A stretch of DNA of 58,811 bases from a bacterium (GTDB taxonomy: Bacteria; Electryoneota; JAOADG01). The position numbers were made by a program, and so were the translations under genes. This document shows, piece by piece, positions 9,933 through 18,223 of the stretch (positions are counted from its first letter, which is position 1; each line of letters begins with the position of its first letter). The notes below the pieces were generated by a model that saw only the letters and a list, made by a program, of their open reading frames with translations, was not told the DNA's origin and searched no databases. The stretch is from assembly GCA_030247525.1 (NCBI GenBank), contig JAOTSC010000003.1, positions 1-58,811 on the forward strand, written 5' to 3'.

Positions 9933-11066
9933 TTAGAATCCATTCGCGATTAACGAAGTGTATGTTGGTATCCCAGTCACTATCAACGGCAAGTCGGGAT
10001 GCGCTTCGTTCCAGGCGATGGTGTAAGCGGCGATACAGGAAAGCTGTCGCCCGCACCGCACTTCTAATGGAATGCCGCTATCGGGATACTCCACTTTCAA
10101 TAGACCGCTTGCCACCGCCCGCAAATACGCCGCATCATATCCTTTCACAATCATATCGACGGTGGTTTTTCCCCGCAAACGCCCTTGTGCAACATTCGCG
10201 GTTTCGACGAGAATCGGTAACGTTTTCGTGTGGTCACCCAATTCGCGGTGGGTTAGTCCCCGCAGTTTTTGTGGCGACATTTCAAACGTGTACTGGAGGT
10301 TTTCCATCTCCAATTCAAGCAGGGCGCCGGACGCCAATTCCTGCGAATTCTCGTGGGCGATCAGCGCATTAATCACTGGATACTCGAGGGACGCTTCGTG
10401 GAGGTCGACGGTTAGATTTATATTCTCTTTGGTAATCAGTTCGGTGATGCCGGCGGCGATTTGTTCGGTGAATAAGCCATCGCGTTTGCCGGGGAAACAG
10501 CGGTTCAAGTTGCGGAGGTCTTTACTGGAGAGCAATTGTCCACTGGGGTAATGCGGTTTCACGTCGGGCGACGGCCATTGATCGAGCGGATTGGTGAGTC
10601 GCGCTCCGAATGGCATCCGAATCGTGCCGCCATCTTTGATTTGTAATGGGTACGATGCAGGATGTCCTTCACCCGGTTCCGTTTGCGAGAATGCCGACGC
10701 ATTTGCCCGCGGGATTACAAAGACTCTGCCGGAGCTGACCTGAGCATTTTGCAACAACAATAATGTTGAAAGAAAACCTGCCGGTTCGTCGGGGTGCGTG
10801 CCACCCAATACAAGTAGCGAGCCGCTGTTTTCGGCGGTGCTATTTTCACCGGATAGGAGATAGACTTCGGTATCGCCGCGGGTGTCTTTTAGCCACGGCG
10901 CCCATTCCGATAACCAATGCTTTTGTGCATTGGCAAATACGATAGGCAACGGTTGGACTTTCCGTTGTTGATACAAAGGATAACCACCGAGTCCGGCAAC
11001 AATGAGTCCAATCAATAGCCAAGCAACGCCATACCAACGGGATTGGAAAAACGTGGGGTGGCTCAT
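9933..11066 (-). CDS. M14-like zinc carboxypeptidase / AstE-AspA (succinylglutamate desuccinylase-aspartoacylase) family protein with N-terminal TM anchor
   Basis: GGTHPDEPAG (HxxE zinc motif) and a downstream VDLHEASLEYP motif. N-terminal TM helix WYGVAWLLIGLIVAGLGG. Confidence 0.65.
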   Translation of the reverse strand: MSHPTFFQSRWYGVAWLLIGLIVAGLGGYPLYQQRKVQPLPIVFANAQKHWLSEWAPWLKDTRGDTEVYLLSGENSTAENSGSLLVLGGTHPDEPAGFLSTLLLLQNAQVSSGRVFVIPRANASAFSQTEPGEGHPASYPLQIKDGGTIRMPFGARLTNPLDQWPSPDVKPHYPSGQLLSSKDLRNLNRCFPGKRDGLFTEQIAAGITELITKENINLTVDLHEASLEYPVINALIAHENSQELASGALLELEMENLQYTFEMSPQKLRGLTHRELGDHTKTLPILVETANVAQGRLRGKTTVDMIVKGYDAAYLRAVASGLLKVEYPDSGIPLEVRCGRQLSCIAAYTIAWNEAHPDLPLIVTGIPTYTSLIANGF

Positions 11067-11245
11067 TTTACCCCCAACAATCGAAGCAGCACGGGAACCA
11101 ACACAATGGCTGCCATCATTGCTTCGTGGGGTATTCGTTTACGGATCGGATTCGTCTCATCGGGTTTCCGTAACAACGACCACAAGAGCGCCGCTAAGAA
11201 GAGCGCGGTGAAGGCAAAATAAATCCAATACAAAACGTGGTACAT
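11063..11245 (-). CDS. Small two-TM membrane protein, unknown function
   Basis: 60-aa ORF with two hydrophobic helices. Its stop overlaps the start of the downstream peptidase gene (ATGA-type coupling). No recognisable family. Confidence 0.4.
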   Translation of the reverse strand: MYHVLYWIYFAFTALFLAALLWSLLRKPDETNPIRKRIPHEAMMAAIVLVPVLLRLLGVK

Positions 11246-11345
11246 TTTTAACTCAACTATTCAATACTCGTGGTTTGCACCAAGATTGCCGCGTCACTTT
11301 GGTCACACAAGGTTGTGACCTTCGTTCCTCGCAAAGACATACCGA

Positions 11346-11837
11346 TTATTGCACTTTGAACGGGAAGCGCTTTTGGAACGATGATTTGCCATCAGTGAGC
11401 CGCACCATCGCTTCCCAGCGCTTTTGGGTCAAGGGTGTAGCAATCGGTAAAAGGTAGCGTCCGGAATCGCCGCTCACCAATTGTTGACGGGGGATATCGT
11501 AACGGCTGCCCGACAAGCAATAGAGCGCGACGTCGCCCAGCAATCCTACGACCGGTGTGTGTAACGAATCGACGACAAACACTTCCAGCCATTGCCGATT
11601 CGCTGATTGTTGCAACCGAGCGTCGACGAGCCAACCACTCAACCGATTCAAGTTGGAATAATGACCCACCGAATCAATCGAACCGCGAGTATAGGGATCA
11701 CGCTCAACCATTTCGGGACGATTCACTTCCGCGACAACCACCAACACTACCATCGCAAGTAGAAAGAGCGCAAAACTCCCCAATAGTATCGTTGGCCAAA
11801 GCCGCGATTTCGTTAGCGATGGCATCTTGCTGCTCAA
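11346..11837 (-). CDS. FixH/CcoH-like protein
   Basis: 163 aa with an N-terminal TM helix followed by a soluble domain. It sits immediately downstream of ccoG, the canonical position for FixH-family proteins. Confidence 0.6.
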   Translation of the reverse strand: MSSKMPSLTKSRLWPTILLGSFALFLLAMVVLVVVAEVNRPEMVERDPYTRGSIDSVGHYSNLNRLSGWLVDARLQQSANRQWLEVFVVDSLHTPVVGLLGDVALYCLSGSRYDIPRQQLVSGDSGRYLLPIATPLTQKRWEAMVRLTDGKSSFQKRFPFKVQ

Positions 11838-11876
11838 TTCGCTCGATTCGATGTGAAGAGCAGTTTTGCCACTAAA

Positions 11877-13361
11877 CTAATGATGTTTTTCCTCGTCTTT
11901 CTCGTTATCGTCTTCATCCACTTCCGGGGAAAGGAATCTTGCTTCACGTTCGGCAAGCAATTCGCCCTCTTGTGTGATACGGAAAGTTACTGTGGTTTCT
12001 TCCGATTTGATGGCGGAACGCGGTACAATGCCATACACATTCACCCGCAACTCTTGACCGGCAGCTAAAGCGAACGGTGCGCCGTTGATAATCCATTCTG
12101 CGCCGGGTAATCCCTCGGCAGTAATGTTGATGGTGCGCGGCGTACCGCCCCGATTTTCCAACTTCACGATAAAACCATTTCGCACTTTTCCATCGGGCTG
12201 CAACACATACGGCATTCCGGCAGCACGCAAGACCACGGCGTGAATCAACTGGCGATTACTGAGTTGCAGCGTTGCGAGTACCACAACACCAAGGAGAATC
12301 AATGTGTAAAGTATCGTTCGCGGCCGCAAGAGTTTCTTTGTCGGCTCGCCTTCCAATGCGGCAGTACTACCGTAGCGGATGAGTCCTTTCGGCTTTCCGG
12401 TTTTCAACATGACTTCATCACATGCGTCAAGGCAGGCGGTACAATTCACACACTCGAGTTGTAGACCATTGCGGATATCGATCCCGGTCGGACAGACCTG
12501 AACACAACGGAAACAATCGACGCAATCACCGGTAAGCGACTCGGAGCCGCGTTTCCGTTTACCGCGCGGTTCCCCGCGTACTTTATCGTAACCGATGACG
12601 ATACTGTGACGGTCGAGTAGCACCGATTGAAAACGGGCGTAGGGGCAAATAAACGTACAGGCGAGTTCCCGGAAGATTGCACCAACAAAATACATGAATC
12701 CAGATAATGCGAAAAGAGCAAAGGTGGCGAAGGGGTGGTCGCCCGCCGTACCGGAAAGTAAGCCAAATGCGGTATCACGCCCGACAAAGTAGGCAAGGAA
12801 GAACATTCCGAAGAGGAAGGAAATCACCAAATAGATTGCATGTTTCAATCCTTTGACCATATAGTAATCAGTGGGTGTTTGTCCCTTCTGTTTTGCTTCG
12901 TCGCGGGCTTTCCGTTTCCGAAAACTGCCCTCAATCATACGCTCGATTTGACGGTAGACCCCTTCCATGAATACGGTTTGGGGACATGCCCAACCGCACC
13001 AAATCCGTCCAAACAATGCGCTAAAAAGAAAGAGTGCCAGCGTAGCCAACAGCATCAATAGTGCGAACAGAAAAAAATCGCCGGGAACGAAGGTAGCACC
13101 AAAGATGAAAAATTTCCGTTCGGGAATGTTGAGCAACAACGCCGGATTGCCATTGATTGTTAGCCATGGGAGCAAGAGAAACAACCCGAGCAAAGCGTAT
13201 CCGACTCCTTCGCGAGCGATTGTCCAGCGACCGGGAACGCGATCGGGATATTGCCATTGACGATGTCCACTGCTTTGCATGGAACCGTTGCTGCCGGTGT
13301 TGGCGGGATTGGGAGAGGACTTCTCTTGTATAGGATCGGGAGTTGGTATGTGAGTAGACAC
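11877..13361 (-). CDS. ccoG: Cytochrome c oxidase accessory protein CcoG/FixG (membrane 4Fe-4S ferredoxin)
   Basis: Motifs CGWACPQT, CVDCFRCVQVCPTGIDIR and CVNCTACLDACD, with multiple TM helices. Located in the cbb3 cluster. Confidence 0.9.
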   Translation of the reverse strand: MSTHIPTPDPIQEKSSPNPANTGSNGSMQSSGHRQWQYPDRVPGRWTIAREGVGYALLGLFLLLPWLTINGNPALLLNIPERKFFIFGATFVPGDFFLFALLMLLATLALFLFSALFGRIWCGWACPQTVFMEGVYRQIERMIEGSFRKRKARDEAKQKGQTPTDYYMVKGLKHAIYLVISFLFGMFFLAYFVGRDTAFGLLSGTAGDHPFATFALFALSGFMYFVGAIFRELACTFICPYARFQSVLLDRHSIVIGYDKVRGEPRGKRKRGSESLTGDCVDCFRCVQVCPTGIDIRNGLQLECVNCTACLDACDEVMLKTGKPKGLIRYGSTAALEGEPTKKLLRPRTILYTLILLGVVVLATLQLSNRQLIHAVVLRAAGMPYVLQPDGKVRNGFIVKLENRGGTPRTINITAEGLPGAEWIINGAPFALAAGQELRVNVYGIVPRSAIKSEETTVTFRITQEGELLAEREARFLSPEVDEDDNEKDEEKHH

Positions 13362-13499
13362 GGGTGTATCCTGCGTGAGATCAAATTCGTTGAATTAGCT
13401 GTTGTTAAGAGTCGGCACAGGCGGGGTTACCTGTGCCAAAGTAAGGTAGATTTTGTTCTGATTTATTGTTTGTGACGATAAATCGTGTTGTAACCGGCT

Positions 13500-14258
13500 T
13501 TACTGCGAACGCTTCTCGGGAATTGCTTGCTTGGCTTTTTTTGTTTTCGCTTTTTTGACTGGCGCAGGAGCAGCATCCTTCTTCGCCGGCTTCGTTTTAG
13601 TAACCGCAGTTGCTTCGGTCTTCGTTTTTTCGTCGGCAGCCGCCACCACCGGAGTTGCTGGAACGCCAGAGAGCATTGCCGTTAGCTCTTCTCTACCGTA
13701 CTCTTTCCCTTCAGATGCTTTGCCGGGTATCGTCAGCGGAACGTCGTGCAATGTTGACACATAGGCAACCAACGCTTTTACCTTTCGATCACCCAACATC
13801 GAACCCCATGCCGGCATTCCCTTCGCCGCGACGCCATTTGCCACTACGCTCGTCAGCACTGCCGGGGTTGGTTCATGGATAAAGAAATTGTCGTGGAAGT
13901 TTGGACCGATACCGCCTTCCCCTTCGTTACCGTGACACGAAGCACAGAAGGTCTTGAAATACTTTTTGCCAATTTCGGCGGGCGACATCGTTGCTTCCAT
14001 CTTTGCCGCCATCTCGCGGTCGCGGATTTCCTGTTCGACTTTCGCTTTTTGCACATCGACAACCAACTCACCAGCGAGTGATGGGCTTACGCCAAGCATG
14101 TGGAACCATGCGAAGTACCCGAAAGCAAATCCGATGGTTATCGCCCACAATGTCCACCACCATTGGGGAATTGGGTTATCCTTCTCGTGTAGATCGTCAT
14201 CGAAGACCGGTAAATCGATCTCTTCGTGCTCGTCTTGTTGTTGCTCGTGATTACTCAT
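13500..14258 (-). CDS. ccoP: cbb3-type oxidase subunit III (CcoP-like), monoheme variant with Ala/Lys/Pro-rich C-terminal tail
   Basis: FixP N-terminal motif PIPQWWWTLWAITIGFAFGYF and a single CxxCH (CASCHGNEG). Tail sequence TKTKPAKKDAAPAPVKKAKTKKAKQ. Confidence 0.8.
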   Translation of the reverse strand: MSNHEQQQDEHEEIDLPVFDDDLHEKDNPIPQWWWTLWAITIGFAFGYFAWFHMLGVSPSLAGELVVDVQKAKVEQEIRDREMAAKMEATMSPAEIGKKYFKTFCASCHGNEGEGGIGPNFHDNFFIHEPTPAVLTSVVANGVAAKGMPAWGSMLGDRKVKALVAYVSTLHDVPLTIPGKASEGKEYGREELTAMLSGVPATPVVAAADEKTKTEATAVTKTKPAKKDAAPAPVKKAKTKKAKQAIPEKRSQ

Positions 14259-14282
14259 CGTTCATCCAGTTATCGGTTAACT

Positions 14283-14468
14283 TTACTTATGGTCGTGCAA
14301 TGTTTCAACGTCTGATTCGTCGTCCAGCGCGATTTGTGCGCGTTTGTCCCATTCGCTCTTCTTGACGACGAAGAGCTGTACAATCACCAACACAAATGCC
14401 AACACCATCAAAATGAGGGCGATTTGTCCGTAGATCGGATCGATTTTCGATGCCAGTTGTTGTAGCAT
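14283..14468 (-). CDS. CcoQ/FixQ-like small subunit
   Basis: 61-aa single-TM ORF between ccoNO and ccoP. Size and position are typical of FixQ. Confidence 0.5.
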   Translation of the reverse strand: MLQQLASKIDPIYGQIALILMVLAFVLVIVQLFVVKKSEWDKRAQIALDDESDVETLHDHK

Positions 14469-14485
14469 TTTGTTCTCTTTGCATT

Positions 14486-14510
14486 GGATAGACAGGAGTG
14501 TCTGTCCTAC
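14486..14510. repeat. REP-like hairpin (GACAGACA family)
   Basis: ggatagacaggagtgtctgtcctac, between the ccoNO stop and the ccoQ-like start. Confidence 0.85.
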
Positions 14511-14515
14511 GAATC

Positions 14516-16651
14516 TTACGGATTTTCGATTAATTGAATTTTCTTGAAATCGGTGCCGAGCCGTTGCAAATATGCGATTAGCGCTACGATATCCTTGTCC
14601 TGCGTATTGTTGTGTCCATCGACCTTTAAACGTTCGGCAATTTCGCTCGCCTGTTGCTTTGCGATGGATTCCGCATTTGCAATTTCTTCGTCGGTGTAAG
14701 GAGCACCTAAAGTACGCAATACTTCCATCTTCCGCGAGAGATTACTCAGATCGAGTTTGTCCTTAAGCAGCCACGGGTACGCCGGCATAATCGAACCGGG
14801 GGTAATGGCGCGGGGATCCTTCATGTGGAGGTAATGCCAGTTGTCGTTGTACTTACCGCCCAACCGATGGAGATCAGGTCCGATGCGGCGGCTGCCCCAC
14901 TGGAACGGATGATCGTAGATAAATTCATCAGCGCGGGAATATTCGCCGTATCGCATCAATTCATCGCGCAACGGCCGCACCATCTGGCTATGGCAGTTGT
15001 AGCAGCCTTCCTTCACGTAGATATCGCGACCGGTAAGCTCGAGCGGCGTATACGGTTTTATGACATTGCCAAAGACCGGTTCCGGTTTCGTTTTCAAGAG
15101 CAGCGGTACAATCTGAACGATGCCGCCAACACTTACTAAGACAGCAGCAAGCAGCGTCATCGTGATCGGCGCGGTTTCGATGTACTTATGGAAGAACGAT
15201 CCACCTTTTTGGAACAATGACTCTTTCACCATTGCCGGGGCTTTCGCCTCTTCGTCGACCAATTCGCTCTTGTTTGCCGACGCCATCGTTTTATAGACAT
15301 TGACCATCATTAAAACGACGCCGGTCAGATAGGCAGTACCACCGATAACCCGCAACCAATAGAGCGGCATAATCGCATCGACGGTTTCCATCCAGTTCGG
15401 ATACTTAAGTAATCCTTCGGCGTCGAACGCTTTCCACATCAAGCTTTGAATAACGCCTGCTGTGATAATCGGAATGTAATACAGAATGATGCCGACGGTG
15501 CCGAGCCAGAAGTGCGACTCCGCCATGCTGCGGCTAAATAACGGCCGCCGGTACAGGCGCGGAATCATATAGTAGATAATCGCAAAGACCATGAACCCAA
15601 CCCAGCCCAACGCGCCGCTATGGACGTGACCGACGGTGTAATCGGTGTAGTGGGTAATCGAATTCAACGATTTGATCGACATGAGCGGCCCTTCAAAGGT
15701 CGACATGCCGTAGAAGGTTACACTGACGGCGAGGAACTTTAAGATGGGATCGATACGGAGTTTATCCCATGCGCCGCGTAACGTCATGAGTCCATTGATC
15801 ATCGACGCCCACGAAGGCGGCCAAAGCATTAACGAGAAAATCATCCCCAATGTTTGGGTCCATTCCGGCAATGCGGTGTACATCAAGTGGTGCGGTCCTG
15901 CCCACATGTAGATGAAGATTAACGCCCAAAATCCAACAATACTTAAGCGATAGCTATATATCGGCTGCCCGGCCTGCTTTGGCAGGTAGTAATACATCAT
16001 GCCGAGAATCGGGGTCGTTAACAGGAATCCGACCGCATTATGGCCATACCACCACTGCACCATCGCGTCCTGCACCCCGGCATATACGGGATAGCTTTTC
16101 AAAAAGCCTGCCGGAAGTTCGATCGAATTCACAATATGGAGGATAGCGATAGCAAGGATCGACGCCATAAAGTACCAGATCGATACATAAAGATGCGGCT
16201 CCCGCCGGATTGCTATCGTGCCGAAGAAGTTGATGGCGAAGGTTACCCATAGTACAGCGATCATGATGTCGAGTGGCCATTCGAGTTCGGCGTATTCTTT
16301 ACCGGTCGTGATACCGAAGATCAGCGTCAAAGCAGCAAAAACGATAAGTAACTGCCACCCCCAGAAATGGATCGCCGAAAGAGTATCGTTGAACATCCGC
16401 GTTTTCAGTAACCGTTGGCTGGAATAGTACACTGCAGCAAAAATCGCGTTTCCGGTAAAGGCAAATGCTACTGCATTCGTATGCAGAGGACGTAGCCGCC
16501 CGAACGTTATCCAAGGGAGGCTGAGATTCGTCTGCCAGAATGCCAGTTCCAGCGCAACAATCAATCCAACCAACATCCCCACGAAGCCCCAAATAATCGT
16601 TGCAATCGTGAATTTCCGGACGATGGCGTCGTCGTACCGATAAGTTTCCAT
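14516..16651 (-). CDS. ccoNO: Fused cbb3-type cytochrome c oxidase subunits I+II (CcoN-CcoO)
   Basis: 711 aa. Heme-copper oxidase His motifs (RPLHTNAV, WWYGHNAVGF, GPHHLMY, GHVHSGALGW) are followed by a CcoO-like domain with CYNCHSQMVRP. Confidence 0.95.
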   Translation of the reverse strand: METYRYDDAIVRKFTIATIIWGFVGMLVGLIVALELAFWQTNLSLPWITFGRLRPLHTNAVAFAFTGNAIFAAVYYSSQRLLKTRMFNDTLSAIHFWGWQLLIVFAALTLIFGITTGKEYAELEWPLDIMIAVLWVTFAINFFGTIAIRREPHLYVSIWYFMASILAIAILHIVNSIELPAGFLKSYPVYAGVQDAMVQWWYGHNAVGFLLTTPILGMMYYYLPKQAGQPIYSYRLSIVGFWALIFIYMWAGPHHLMYTALPEWTQTLGMIFSLMLWPPSWASMINGLMTLRGAWDKLRIDPILKFLAVSVTFYGMSTFEGPLMSIKSLNSITHYTDYTVGHVHSGALGWVGFMVFAIIYYMIPRLYRRPLFSRSMAESHFWLGTVGIILYYIPIITAGVIQSLMWKAFDAEGLLKYPNWMETVDAIMPLYWLRVIGGTAYLTGVVLMMVNVYKTMASANKSELVDEEAKAPAMVKESLFQKGGSFFHKYIETAPITMTLLAAVLVSVGGIVQIVPLLLKTKPEPVFGNVIKPYTPLELTGRDIYVKEGCYNCHSQMVRPLRDELMRYGEYSRADEFIYDHPFQWGSRRIGPDLHRLGGKYNDNWHYLHMKDPRAITPGSIMPAYPWLLKDKLDLSNLSRKMEVLRTLGAPYTDEEIANAESIAKQQASEIAERLKVDGHNNTQDKDIVALIAYLQRLGTDFKKIQLIENP

Positions 16652-16838
16652 TTGTATCGACCTTGTAGTATTGTTTTTGGCGGACCCCCCGCCGCTTGCA
16701 GATAAGAAAGAAAAATAACGTTTTCACATGGAATTGTAAAGTACTTTTACCGCGCAGGCAATTCTATTTGAATCAAAGCAAAATAATGCGAATATTATAG
16801 TACTCGCATAGCGTTTGTGGTTACCTTTCATACAGGAA

Positions 16839-17906
16839 ATGGAGAAATCTCGAATGTCAGAAATGATTGATATTGAAGAACTAAAACGAACCGACAGCAA
16901 CCTCGGACGCATTTTGAACTATCTCTTCGATGGGGTGTACATCGTAGATCGATCCATGGATATCCTTTTTTGGAACCGGGGAGCCGAGTTGTTAACCGGA
17001 TACTTTTCCCAAGATGTTGTGGGACATCGGTGTGCCGACGACATTTTAAATCACATCGATGAGAATGGTGTAAGACTGTGTAAAGGGAATTGTCCCTTAC
17101 GGCAAACGTTCAAATCGGGTCAGCCGACGATACGCAAAGTATACCCCTTGCGAAATGATGGACGTCGGTTTCCGGTCATGACACACGTTGCTCCCATTCT
17201 CAATGAAGCGGGTGAAATCATAGCAGCCATCGAAGTGTTCCGCGATATCTCACAGGAAGAAGAGTTGCGGATAATGCAGGAAAAATTTGCAGCTCTCATA
17301 AAACGATATGTCTCTACAACAACAGTAGCATCAATCAATGAACAAATCCAAACCAACGAAGATGGGAAAGTCGAAATTCGGGAATTAACGGTGTTGTATT
17401 TGGATGTCGTAGCATTTACCCCCTTCTCGGAAAAGAATCCGCCGTTCGCTGTTGTTAACATGCTTAATGAGTTGTTCGGTTTGTGTGGGGTCATTACCGG
17501 AGAATGTAACGGTGATATCGATAAGTTCATCGGTGACAGCATCATGGCGGTATTCGTCGATGCAAACGACGCTGTCGATGCCGCAACCAAAATTCTCGCG
17601 GCTCATGCTGCTTGGAATACAAAACGACTACAGCGACAACAATCCGAAATACGGGTGCGAATCGGCATCCACAGCGGATTTATGGTGCAGGCGGAAATTG
17701 GTACACTGAATCGGAAGGATGTAACCGTGATTGGGGATGCTGTTAACACTGCAGCAAGAATTCAATCCTCGGCAGAACCAAACACAATTGCAATATCGGA
17801 AGCGACTTGGTCACGGCTGAAACAACCGCAAAATTTCTATTTCTACCAGGAGTTGAAAATGAAAGGAAAATCAGAACCACAAAAAATATTTTTGCACAAA
17901 CAATAG
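16839..17906 (+). CDS. PAS-domain class III adenylate/guanylate cyclase
   Basis: N-terminal PAS (ILFWNRGAELLTGY) with a Cys cluster (HRCADD...RLCKGNCPL). Cyclase core motifs VLYLDVVAFT, FIGDSIMAVF and GDAVNTAARIQS. The start may instead be ATG 16854, which has GGAG 9 nt upstream. Confidence 0.85.
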   Translation: MEKSRMSEMIDIEELKRTDSNLGRILNYLFDGVYIVDRSMDILFWNRGAELLTGYFSQDVVGHRCADDILNHIDENGVRLCKGNCPLRQTFKSGQPTIRKVYPLRNDGRRFPVMTHVAPILNEAGEIIAAIEVFRDISQEEELRIMQEKFAALIKRYVSTTTVASINEQIQTNEDGKVEIRELTVLYLDVVAFTPFSEKNPPFAVVNMLNELFGLCGVITGECNGDIDKFIGDSIMAVFVDANDAVDAATKILAAHAAWNTKRLQRQQSEIRVRIGIHSGFMVQAEIGTLNRKDVTVIGDAVNTAARIQSSAEPNTIAISEATWSRLKQPQNFYFYQELKMKGKSEPQKIFLHKQ

Positions 17907-18180
17907 TTTATATAAACATTACTATAATAAATAGGACTTTTCCTTTGCATACTTCTCAAGGAAGAAGAGTGTTTATGTTCGCATGTCGGCTTGTAAAAGA
18001 CTCGAAAAGAATCGGTTCAATACTCACCCATGATACCATTGATTTATTCGGATAGTTATCGTTTTTTTCGTCGGGGAGTTTTGCGATACGCCACTACAGA
18101 AGCGGGTTTCCGGATTCAGTTCACTCACTTGCGGCATGAACAAGGAGTTAACCAAAGGTCTAATTCATATCTGTCGAGAA

Positions 18181-18201
18181 GGGCGGCTGCCAGCCGCCCC
18201 C
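18181..18201. repeat. REP-like hairpin (GGGCGGCTG family)
   Basis: gggcggctgccagccgccccc, nearly identical to the copies at 8591 and 41128. Confidence 0.85.
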
Positions 18202-18223
18202 ACGGAACGCCACAACGAATGAA

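Noticed and set aside
16767-16777. Palindrome tttgaatcaaa upstream of ccoNO considered as an FNR/CRP box
   Set aside because: The TTGA/TCAA half-sites are separated by a single base rather than the TTGAT-N4-ATCAA spacing, so it does not fit the FNR consensus. It is mentioned only as a possible operator in the cyclase finding.
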